Of a stretch of DNA of 64,000 nt, positions 56,179-64,000 are shown one piece after another. The DNA lies in NCBI GenBank assembly GCA_012270885.1, contig JAAXHN010000013.1, forward strand, positions 1,432-65,431, read 5' to 3'. A model generated the notes under the pieces. The model ran no database searches and was not told where the DNA came from. It saw only the letters and a list, made by a program, of their open reading frames with translations. Origin of the DNA: Acidimicrobiia bacterium. Lineage in GTDB: Bacteria; Actinomycetota; Acidimicrobiia; Spongiisociales; ZC4RG35. How positions within the stretch are numbered: the stretch's first letter is position 1; each line of letters begins with the position of its first letter. The position numbers were made by a program, and so were the translations under genes.

Positions 56179-57813
56179 ATGGACGGCCACGACTTCCTGA
56201 TAATCGGGGGAGGATCCGCCGGTTGCGCCCTTGCCAACCGGCTCAGCGCCGACCCCTCCAACCGGGTGCTGGTGCTCGAGGCGGGACGTCCCGACTACCG
56301 CTGGGACGTGTTCATCCACATGCCGGCGGCGTTGACCTACCCGATCGGATCGAGGTTCTATGACTGGAAGTACGAATCGGAGCCCGAACCCCACATGGGG
56401 GGTCGGAGGGTCTATCACGCCCGGGGTAAGGTGCTGGGCGGATCGAGTTCCATCAACGGGATGATCTTCCAGCGGGGCAACCCCATGGACTATGAGAAGT
56501 GGGCAGCCGAACCGGGGATGGAAGACTGGGACTACCCCCACTGCCTTCCCTACTTCAAGCGCCTGGAGACCACTCTGGCCGGCGCCGATGAGTACCGGGG
56601 AGGCGACGGCCCGCTGATCCTCGAACGGGGACCAGCCGTTAACCCCCTGTTCGGGGCCTTCTTCAAGGCTGGAGAACAGGCGGGAATTCCCACCACCACC
56701 GATGTGAACGGCTACCGGCAGGAGGGTTTCGCCCCCTTCGACGCCAACCGCCACCGGGGACGGCGCCTGAGCGCCTCCCGCGCCTACCTGCATCCGGTCA
56801 TGGACCGTCCCAACCTGTCGCTCGTCACCCGGGCGCACATCACTCGGATTCTCTTCGAGGGGAACAGGGCGGTGGGAGTCGAGTACCGCAAGGGCCGCCG
56901 CCTCCGGCGGGCCGAAGCTGGCGAGTTGATCCTGTGCGGGGGCGCCATCAACTCGCCGCAGACGCTGATGCTCTCGGGCATCGGGCCGGCCAGCCACCTC
57001 GAGTCCTTCGGCATAGACGTGGTGGCGGACCTCCCCGGGGTCGGACAGAACCTCCAGGACCACCTGGAGGTCTACATCCAGCACGCCTCCAAGCAACCGG
57101 TGTCCCTCCAGCCCTATCTGGCCAGGTGGCGGATGCCCTGGATCGGGCTCCAGTGGCTGTTCCGCACCGGCCCGGCCACCAGCAACCACTTCGAGGGCGG
57201 CGCCTTCGTACGCAGCAACGACCGGGTGGGCTATCCGAACCTGATGCTCCATTTCCTGCCCGTTGCGATCCGCTACGACGGGTCGGTTCCCGCCCGGGGA
57301 CACGGCTACCAGGTGCATGTCGGCCCGATGTTCTCCGACGTGCGGGGCGCCATCACCCTCCGCTCGGCCGATCCGTTCGACAAACCGGCGCTGCGCTTCA
57401 ATTACCTCTCCACGCCCAACGACCGCCGCGAGTGGGTGGAGGCGGTCCGGACCGTACGCCACATCCTCAGCCAGCCGGCGTTCGAGCCCTTCGACGCCGG
57501 GGAACTCTCCCCGGGGCCGGAGGTGCAGACCGACCGGGAGGTCCTCGACTGGGTGCGGAGGGACGCCGAGACCGCCCTCCATCCCTCCTGCACGGCCAGG
57601 ATGGGGAACGACGAGATGGCGGTGGTGTCGCCCGACACCTTCCGGGTGCACGGCGTCCACGGCCTGCGGGTGGTGGACGCCTCGGTGATGCCCACCATCA
57701 CCAACGGGAACATCTACGCACCGGTGATGATGATAGCCGAGAGAGCCGCAGACGTCATCCTGGGCAACACCCCCCTCGCGCCCGAAGAAGTGGCCTGGTA
57801 CCGCCACGAGTAG
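56179..57813 (+). CDS. betA: Choline dehydrogenase (GMC oxidoreductase)
   Basis: [18 protein letters not shown] (FAD fold), [20 protein letters not shown]-terminal ...HPSCTARMG... Adjacent to betC. Confidence 0.85.
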   Translation: MDGHDFLIIGGGSAGCALANRLSADPSNRVLVLEAGRPDYRWDVFIHMPAALTYPIGSRFYDWKYESEPEPHMGGRRVYHARGKVLGGSSSINGMIFQRGNPMDYEKWAAEPGMEDWDYPHCLPYFKRLETTLAGADEYRGGDGPLILERGPAVNPLFGAFFKAGEQAGIPTTTDVNGYRQEGFAPFDANRHRGRRLSASRAYLHPVMDRPNLSLVTRAHITRILFEGNRAVGVEYRKGRRLRRAEAGELILCGGAINSPQTLMLSGIGPASHLESFGIDVVADLPGVGQNLQDHLEVYIQHASKQPVSLQPYLARWRMPWIGLQWLFRTGPATSNHFEGGAFVRSNDRVGYPNLMLHFLPVAIRYDGSVPARGHGYQVHVGPMFSDVRGAITLRSADPFDKPALRFNYLSTPNDRREWVEAVRTVRHILSQPAFEPFDAGELSPGPEVQTDREVLDWVRRDAETALHPSCTARMGNDEMAVVSPDTFRVHGVHGLRVVDASVMPTITNGNIYAPVMMIAERAADVILGNTPLAPEEVAWYRHE

Positions 57814-57864
57814 GCCAAGGGGGTCATGGAGAATGGCGCCATCTGAAGGGAACTCCCTCTTGTT

Positions 57865-57888
57865 TCGCGCTTTCCGAAAAAGCGGCGA
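57865..57888 (+). terminator. Stem-loop downstream of betA (possible terminator without U-tract)
   Basis: tcgcgcttt-ccgaa-aaagcg(g)cga: 9 bp with one bulge, 50 nt after the betA stop. No T-run follows. Confidence 0.3.
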
Positions 57889-57931
57889 TACGGGCACGCC
57901 CGATTTGTCTCACCTGTGATACACTGGGTGC

Positions 57932-58168
57932 GTGGCTGAAGTGACCATCAGGGACCTCCGCAACAAGGGCGGGGTAATCATCGACCGGGTACTGGCGGGT
58001 GAACACCTAACCGTGACGCGATCCGGGCGTCCCGTTGCAGCACTCCGCCCACTGCCCCGCAGGGGACCTGATCCGGCGACCTTGCTGGACCGCTGGCGCC
58101 ACCTGCCTCATCTTGACCCAACCGCCCTCCGACAGGACATCGATCGAACCATTGACCCGTCTCTGTGA
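57932..58168 (+). CDS. Phd/YefM-type antitoxin
   Basis: VTIRDLRNKGGVIIDRVLAGEHLTVTRSGRPVAALRPL. GTG start. GTGA overlap with the PIN gene. Confidence 0.8.
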   Translation: MAEVTIRDLRNKGGVIIDRVLAGEHLTVTRSGRPVAALRPLPRRGPDPATLLDRWRHLPHLDPTALRQDIDRTIDPSL

Positions 58169-58596
58169 CCTCCACCGGCTCCGGCGTGGGGGTACTCGAC
58201 ACCAGCACGGTGATCCTGCTGCCGCTGATATCCGACCCTGCCTCTCTCCCCGCGGCACCCACCATCACCGCCATCACCCTCGCGGAACTCTCGGTGGGTC
58301 CGCTGGTCGCATCGACCCACACCGAGCGAGTTCGGCGCCAGGCTCACCTCCAACAGGCAGAGTCCGACTTCGATGTTCTGCCCTTCGACGAGGGAGCGGC
58401 CAGAGCGTTCGGTCGGGTCGCCTCCGACCTTCGCAGGGCCGGTCGGAAGCCCTCCGCCCGCGCCTATGACGCCCTGATCGCCGCCGTTGCCATCTCCAGA
58501 GGCCTTCCCCTATACACCACGAATCCGGAAGGCTACGCGGCCATCGGCGGACTGGATCTGATCCCGGTGCCCCACCCGGATCATGCAGAACTCTGA
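58165..58596 (+). CDS. vapC: PIN-domain toxin VapC
   Basis: VGVLDTSTVILL...ITLAELSVGP...YDALIAAVAISRGLPLYTTNPEGY. Confidence 0.85.
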   Translation: MTSTGSGVGVLDTSTVILLPLISDPASLPAAPTITAITLAELSVGPLVASTHTERVRRQAHLQQAESDFDVLPFDEGAARAFGRVASDLRRAGRKPSARAYDALIAAVAISRGLPLYTTNPEGYAAIGGLDLIPVPHPDHAEL

Positions 58597-58697
58597 CCTC
58601 CTGACACCGCGGACCTGTGCGGGCTCGGGAATCAGGCCACAAGCACGGCGCCCTAGAAAGCAGCCATCACCTTGAAGTCGGGGCTAGCTTGACTGCA

Positions 58698-59795
58698 ATG
58701 GAGCGGATGGGCCCCGCTTACGCGGGCAACAACCTGGTCAACCTGGTGGCGGAGTTGGAGCGCCGCCTCACCGGGCATTCTCCCACCAGGGGACTCCGTC
58801 CCGACCTCGCGGCGATGATCCCGGCTGCCCGCAACTACCTGCTGGTGGTCTTCGACGGGTTGGGCGCCGGCCAACTGCCCCATGCCAATGCCTCCGCTAT
58901 GGCGGAGCCCCGCCGGGCGATCCTGGAGGCGCCCTTCCCTACCACCACCACCGTGGGCCTGTCCTCGATCTGCACCGGGCTCACTCCCCGCCAGCACGGG
59001 GTTATCGGGTACCGGCAGTGGTTGCCCGACCTCCAGAAGGTGGTGAGCCTGCTGCGGTGGACGGATCTCTCGGGACAGCCCGTCCGGTATGACACCGCTT
59101 CTTTCCTACCCGCTCCCAACCTGTGGGAAAGGCTCTCGTCCCGCCAGGCTCGGGGAGTGGTCGTCCAGCCGGGCGCCTTCTTCGACACGCTTCTCACCAG
59201 GATGCTGTACCGCGGAGCGGAGATGCGGGGCTACTTCTCGGCGTCGGAGGTCGACCCGGCCTATCTCTTCACCCGCTCAAAGCGGACCCTGGCGATGGTG
59301 TATTACCACGCGGTGGACGTTGCGGCGCACGAAGCTGGGCAGCATTCGGAGTCCTACCGTCTGGCAATGGCGGGCGCCGACCAGCTCTGGGCGCGGCTGG
59401 CTGGCCGGCTTCCCTCCGACACGGTGATGGTGGGCACTTCCGACCATGGCCATTGTGACATCCCCGAGGAGGGAAAGTTCATCCTGGAGAAGACCGACAC
59501 CGAGGGTCTGCGCTGGTGGGGTGACAGCCGGGCACTCATGCTCAGCGGCCCATCCGAGCGGATCGGCGCCCTGGCGGAGAAGACCGGCAGCAGGATGATC
59601 GCCGCCCACGTGGTGCGGACCTGGCTGGGCCGAGGACGACCCCATCCCGACCTCGAGGCCCGCATGCCGGACGCCCTGTTGCTTGCCCGGGACAACACCG
59701 GGATCTTCCCCAAAGGCATGGACACCCGAAAGACCGGCCACCACGGCAGCCTGACACCGGCCGAATCCCAAATCCCCTTGCTGGTCCACCACTAG
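58698..59795 (+). CDS. Alkaline-phosphatase-superfamily protein (nucleotide pyrophosphatase/PglZ-like)
   Basis: LLVVFDGLGAGQL, PTTTTVGLSSICTGLTPRQHGV (Thr nucleophile region), GTSDHGH, GHHGSLTPAESQIPLLV. Start taken at MERMGPAY. Confidence 0.7.
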   Translation: MERMGPAYAGNNLVNLVAELERRLTGHSPTRGLRPDLAAMIPAARNYLLVVFDGLGAGQLPHANASAMAEPRRAILEAPFPTTTTVGLSSICTGLTPRQHGVIGYRQWLPDLQKVVSLLRWTDLSGQPVRYDTASFLPAPNLWERLSSRQARGVVVQPGAFFDTLLTRMLYRGAEMRGYFSASEVDPAYLFTRSKRTLAMVYYHAVDVAAHEAGQHSESYRLAMAGADQLWARLAGRLPSDTVMVGTSDHGHCDIPEEGKFILEKTDTEGLRWWGDSRALMLSGPSERIGALAEKTGSRMIAAHVVRTWLGRGRPHPDLEARMPDALLLARDNTGIFPKGMDTRKTGHHGSLTPAESQIPLLVHH

Positions 59796-60100
59796 GGACC
59801 GCTCATCACGCAACGGCGCCCGATCGGCTAACCGGTAGAATTCCTTGGCGAATCCCAGATCGCACTAACCACGCCGGCGAGGGGGTGGAGGGCTGGATCA
59901 CCCCGCCGTCGCAAGTGGGGCTGGTGCCCATCGAGCGTTACAAGGGTTCCAAAGGCACCTCCGAGGCACTTTGGAAGATCGCGGCTTGCCTCTGTGCGGA
60001 CAGCAACTCTCGATGTGAAGCGCTAGACGTCGCCCAGCAACCGATGGACTCCGACCTGCGGTGGCTATGAGCCGTCACAGGAGGTTGATACATTTCTGAG

Positions 60101-63031
60101 ATGACTTTTCCGGGACCTGATCTGCTGGGTAGAGGGGTGGTGGTAAGCGAGGGAAACCGGTCGCCTCTCGAAACCGCCCGGCGGGTGGTTGTCAACAGAT
60201 CGGCACTGGCCAGCCCGCAGGTGCTGGAAGAAACCGTGGAGCGCCTGCACACCCTTTGGGTGGAACGGCGGCCGGTGACGGTGGAACTGGGAGTGGAAGC
60301 TTCCGAATTGCGGCGGCCGGTGGTGGAGGAGCGGGAGCCGTGGATGCTCGGGCCCGGCTACGTTCCTCTGCTTGAGAGGCTCCACTTCCTGGTGTGGGCC
60401 AACAACTGGGACGTGCGTGGGGGCGATCCCATCTGGTGGTGGGGCAGGAAGGCCGCTCGGCTGGGAGCGCGGATCGGCGGGCAGGCCGACGTGGTCACAC
60501 GGCAGGGAGTGCATGCCTGGGTGGACGGAGGCCCCCGTTCGCCCCTGGACATCCCGGTCATCCATGCCCAGACCGTCGAAGGTGGACGGCTCACCCTCCA
60601 GCCTCCCGCCACCGTGTCCAATGCCGACCTGGCCTCGGATCAACGGGTGGCGGTGGAGCACCACACCGGCCCGGTCAGGGTGATCGCACCCGCCGGATCG
60701 GGAAAGACCCGCACCCTCGGGGCCCGCCTTCTTCACCTGGTCGATGATCGACGGATCGAACCGCAGTTCGTGACGGCGGTGGCCTACAACAACCGGGCCG
60801 CTCGGGAGATGCGAGAACGCCTGCAGCGGGAGGATCTCCACATCCGCACCATCCACTCGCTCGGGTGGGCGATCATCCGTGACCTGCGGCCCGACGCCAC
60901 CTTGCTGACAGAACGGGAAGTACGGAGAAGGCTGGGATCCATGGTCCCCAAGCGGCCCCGCCCCAACACCGACGTCACTGGGCCCTACCTGGAAGGTCTG
61001 GCCGAGATCATGATCGCGCTGCGGGACCCGGGCGAGGTCGAGGAGAGCCGAGGCGACGCCGAGGGTCTGGCCGGGATCTTCCCCAGATACCGAGCCCTGC
61101 TTGCCCGGAGAAACGAGGTCGACTACAACGAGCAGATCTACGGAGCCATCGAGCTGCTGCTGGCCGAACCGGAACTCCGGAAGCGCTGGCAGGGCCGTTG
61201 CCGACACCTCCTTGTCGACGAGTTCCAGGACCTGACGCCCGCCTATCTCTTGCTGCTGCGACTGGTCGCCTCTCCGGAGATGAGCGTGTTCGGGGTGGGC
61301 GACGACGACCAGACCATCTACGGGTACGCCGGCGCCGACCCGAGGTTTCTCATCGACTTCGACAAGTACTTTCCCGGCGCGGGCGCCAGCGCTCTGACGG
61401 TCAACTACCGCTGCCCGTCGGAGGTCGTCACCGCCGCGTCGCGGCTGCTCTCCCACAACCGCATCAGGGTCCCCAAGATCATCGAAGCATCCGGAGATCC
61501 CGCCGAGGGGGGCTTTCGGATAATCACCCCCGACCGGCGGCGGATGCCGGTGGAGCCGGCGGGCATTGTCAGAGAGTGGATGGAGGATGGCACGTCGCCA
61601 GAGGACATCGCAGTCCTGGCCAGGGTCAACTCGGCCCTGCTCCCGATGCTGGCGGCGCTCGAGAAGGCCGGGGTTCCCTTCCGCTCGCAACTCGACGCCG
61701 CTCTCCTGGAGCGGACCACCATGCGAGCCGCACTGGCATGGATACGGCTGGCTCTGAACCCCGAGTCCATGAGCCGCCCGGATCTCATGGAGGCCGTGCG
61801 GCGACCCGCCCGGCGGATCAACCGGCTGGCTTCCGAGTTGATCCCGGCGGGCACCACTTCGATCCGGGAACTCGCCGCCCTCGGGCACGGACTCGACGAA
61901 CGAAAGGCAGCCACCTGGCGCAGGTTCGTCGAAGCCATAGAGGACGGCGCGCATGTGGCCGTCCAGGGCCGATCCGCGCCATTCCTGGACTATCTCTCGA
62001 GCGATGTCGGTCTGGGCAGGGTCGCCCACTCCCTGGACTCCAAGCGAGGCAGGGCCGATCGGTCCACCCACACCGACGACCTGGTGGCCCTGCGTCGCAC
62101 CGCCGCCCTGTACGAGGACCTACCGACCTTCGAGACCGAACTGCGACGCCTGCTGGACCGGGGACCGTCTCCGCCGATGGGAGTGACGGCGACCTCCGTC
62201 CACCGGGTGAAGGGGCTGGAGTGGGACCGGGTGATCGTGTTCGGGGTCGACCGGGGCCTGGTGCCCCATCTGCTGACAGAGGATGTGGAAGAGGAGCGAC
62301 GAGTTCTGCATGTGGCCATCACCAGGTGCCGCCGGGAGGTGGTGGTGGTGGCCGAGCAGGGAAGGGAGTCGCCCTTTCTCCCGGAACTGACCAAGATGTA
62401 CCGACCGGGAGCGCCGAAGGCGCCGGAACCCGAGACCCGACATGATGAACCGAAGTCCCTCGACCCGAGACCTGCCGGAGTCGACGAGCCATACGACACC
62501 GACCTCTACCAAGCTTTGCGGGAATGGCGTCTGGGAGTGGCCCGAGAAAGGGGCGTCGCCGCTTTCGTGGTCTTCGCCAACCGGACCCTGGAGGAGATCG
62601 CCCGAAGCCAACCCCACTCGGAATCAGAACTCCTGGCGATACGGGGCGTCGGTCCCCGCAAACTCGCCGAATACGGACGTGACGTCATCGCCCTCGTGGC
62701 CTCCGTCGGGACCGACCGAACAGACTCGGCGGCTGATCCTCCGATCGGACCACCGCAGCAGGAAGCCCCAACCACGCCCGATCCACCCCGGCCCGGTTCC
62801 TCGGAGGATTCCACCCTCTTCGATTCGCTTCGGGAGTGGCGTCTCGCAATGGCCCGTCGGGACCAGGTGCCCGTTTACGTCATCTCGAATAACGAAACGC
62901 TGGAAGAGATCTCCCGTCTCCGACCGAGGACCGAGGCCGAACTTCTGGGGGTCCGCGGCATCGGCCCTGAAAGGCTCGCCAGGTATGGACGGGACATCCT
63001 GGAGCTGGTCAGGTCCAACCCGCCGGGCTGA
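60101..63031 (+). CDS. UvrD/Rep-family SF1 helicase with about 190-aa unknown N-terminal domain and two C-terminal HRDC domains
   Basis: APAGSGKTRTL, LLVDEFQDLTP, VNYRCPSEV, VHRVKGLEWDRVIVFG, VAITRCRREVVVV. There are two copies of L...LREWRL..AR...VP.YV...N.TLEEI....P..E.ELL.IRGIGP.KL..YG..I. Confidence 0.85.
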   Translation: MTFPGPDLLGRGVVVSEGNRSPLETARRVVVNRSALASPQVLEETVERLHTLWVERRPVTVELGVEASELRRPVVEEREPWMLGPGYVPLLERLHFLVWANNWDVRGGDPIWWWGRKAARLGARIGGQADVVTRQGVHAWVDGGPRSPLDIPVIHAQTVEGGRLTLQPPATVSNADLASDQRVAVEHHTGPVRVIAPAGSGKTRTLGARLLHLVDDRRIEPQFVTAVAYNNRAAREMRERLQREDLHIRTIHSLGWAIIRDLRPDATLLTEREVRRRLGSMVPKRPRPNTDVTGPYLEGLAEIMIALRDPGEVEESRGDAEGLAGIFPRYRALLARRNEVDYNEQIYGAIELLLAEPELRKRWQGRCRHLLVDEFQDLTPAYLLLLRLVASPEMSVFGVGDDDQTIYGYAGADPRFLIDFDKYFPGAGASALTVNYRCPSEVVTAASRLLSHNRIRVPKIIEASGDPAEGGFRIITPDRRRMPVEPAGIVREWMEDGTSPEDIAVLARVNSALLPMLAALEKAGVPFRSQLDAALLERTTMRAALAWIRLALNPESMSRPDLMEAVRRPARRINRLASELIPAGTTSIRELAALGHGLDERKAATWRRFVEAIEDGAHVAVQGRSAPFLDYLSSDVGLGRVAHSLDSKRGRADRSTHTDDLVALRRTAALYEDLPTFETELRRLLDRGPSPPMGVTATSVHRVKGLEWDRVIVFGVDRGLVPHLLTEDVEEERRVLHVAITRCRREVVVVAEQGRESPFLPELTKMYRPGAPKAPEPETRHDEPKSLDPRPAGVDEPYDTDLYQALREWRLGVARERGVAAFVVFANRTLEEIARSQPHSESELLAIRGVGPRKLAEYGRDVIALVASVGTDRTDSAADPPIGPPQQEAPTTPDPPRPGSSEDSTLFDSLREWRLAMARRDQVPVYVISNNETLEEISRLRPRTEAELLGVRGIGPERLARYGRDILELVRSNPPG

Positions 63032-63138
63032 GGGCCGGTCCCCCTGACGGGGAGACTCCCGCCGCTTGCTCGACATCCGGGGACCGGACGGACAATGTCA
63101 TCCACCGACACTCCTAGCCTTATCTGGTCGAGACCCGT

Positions 63139-63567
63139 TTGAAAGGAGCCGCAATGCGCGACTACAACGCCTGGAACAAGGAAGTTATCGAGGAATTCCG
63201 GGCCAACGGAGGATGGGCCGGCGGGCACCTGGAAGGAATGCCTCTGCTGATTCTGTTCAACTACGGCGCCAAGACCGGCGCCCTGCGGATCAACCCGCTC
63301 GCCTACCAGAAGGTCGAGGGGGGCTACGCCATCTTCGGTTCCAAGGGCGGCTCTCCCACCAATCCCTCCTGGTACCACAACCTGATGGCCAACCCCGAGG
63401 TCGAGATCGAGCTTGGCACCGAGTCCTTCAAGGTCCGGGCCCGGTTGACGGAAGGTGAGGAACGGGAGCGCATCTGGACCCGGCAGAAGCTCGACTTTCC
63501 GCAGTTCGCCGACTACGAGAAGAAGACTTCCCGCCAGATCCCGGTATTGGTTCTCGAACCCATCTAA
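63139..63567 (+). CDS. Deazaflavin (F420)-dependent nitroreductase family protein (DDN/DUF385)
   Basis: WNKEVIEEFRANGG...LLILFNYGAKTGALRINPLAY...GSKGGSPTNPSWYHNLMANPEVEIE...RIW is the typical DDN-family pattern. Confidence 0.8.
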   Translation: MKGAAMRDYNAWNKEVIEEFRANGGWAGGHLEGMPLLILFNYGAKTGALRINPLAYQKVEGGYAIFGSKGGSPTNPSWYHNLMANPEVEIELGTESFKVRARLTEGEERERIWTRQKLDFPQFADYEKKTSRQIPVLVLEPI

Positions 63568-63817
63568 ACGTGCTGTCGCGGTGTGGGGGCGACACCTGTC
63601 GCAGGTTTCGCCACGGGCTGTGAAAAAGCTGCGGTGGGGAGGTTGATCCCTGTCCCACCGCCATTCCATAACTGATACCAGCTAAACACCGAGACCGTCC
63701 GCACAGGCACCGGTCGGACGCGTCGAGGGATCAAAGCGATCTAATCAACAAGTCCTGTCCCAGGCTGGGCAGAGCCTGTTCGGCCCTGGAGTGGTGAGGG
63801 CTCCCGAAAATAGGGGC

Positions 63818-63876
63818 CGCGAATTTCGCGACTTTCCCGTCGTGATCACTTGGGCCTTTTGCCTATAGTTCGCGAA
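63818..63876. promoter_or_regulatory. Two short palindromes immediately upstream of the last gene (candidate operator)
   Basis: cgcgaa-t-ttcgcg at 63818-63830 and ttcgcgaa at 63869-63876, the latter abutting the ATG at 63877. Confidence 0.3.
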
Positions 63877-64000
63877 ATGGAGCAAACACCTTTACGCCAG
63901 CCATTACCTCAACTCGATCTCGCCCTCACCCCTACCCCGCTGCACAGATTCCCCCGATTGAGAGAGACATGGGGCGGCCCCCATGTGTGGGTGAAGCGCG
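63877..64000 (+). CDS. ACC deaminase / D-cysteine desulfhydrase family PLP enzyme, N-terminal fragment (runs off window)
   Basis: MEQTPLRQPLPQLDLALTPTPLHRFPRLRETWGGPHVWVKR matches the TPTPL..L.RL...LG...WIKRDD N-terminus of this family. Confidence 0.6.
   Translation, partial: MEQTPLRQPLPQLDLALTPTPLHRFPRLRETWGGPHVWVKR

Overview
High-G+C, actinobacterial-type chromosomal segment; taxonomy cannot be confirmed from the sequence alone. Many long antisense or out-of-frame shadow ORFs in the track were ignored. Core content: three iron-uptake ABC loci (1-2096; 23995-29851; 29891-33608) and a pair of fused permease-ATPase ABC genes (2425-5969). Also an 11-gene nuo operon, nuoABCD-(115-aa ORF)-HIJKLMN with no nuoEFG (44040-54454), and betC-betA. 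Further core genes are a phosphotriesterase/cyclase/nitroreductase trio, a decarboxylase/racemase/VOC cluster, a UvrD-like helicase with two HRDC domains, and an F420-type (DDN) oxidoreductase. Accessory content sits in visibly lower-G+C blocks. (i) 5.97-6.9 kb: a small RelE/ParE-like pair. (ii) 9.7-19.9 kb: an island bounded by tRNA-Lys(UUU), containing frameshifted and truncated IS1380 and IS3 remnants and the main candidate system. (iii) 33.65-37.76 kb: a type-ISP methyltransferase fragment, a Fic gene and two VapBC pairs. A third VapBC pair lies at 57.9-58.6 kb. The main candidate is a co-directional, tightly packed minus-strand cluster (12771-19318). It encodes a Dam-family m6A methyltransferase, an unknown 189-aa protein, a PLD(HKD)-SF2 helicase fusion, a 160-bp inverted-repeat element, a 63-aa ORF, a DndD-like SMC/Rad50-type ATPase with a CxCC motif in its coiled coil, and a DndE-like 125-aa protein. 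No DndA or DndC sulfur-insertion genes are present. I do not recognise this combination as a named defence or modification system. No rRNA genes and no CRISPR array were seen.
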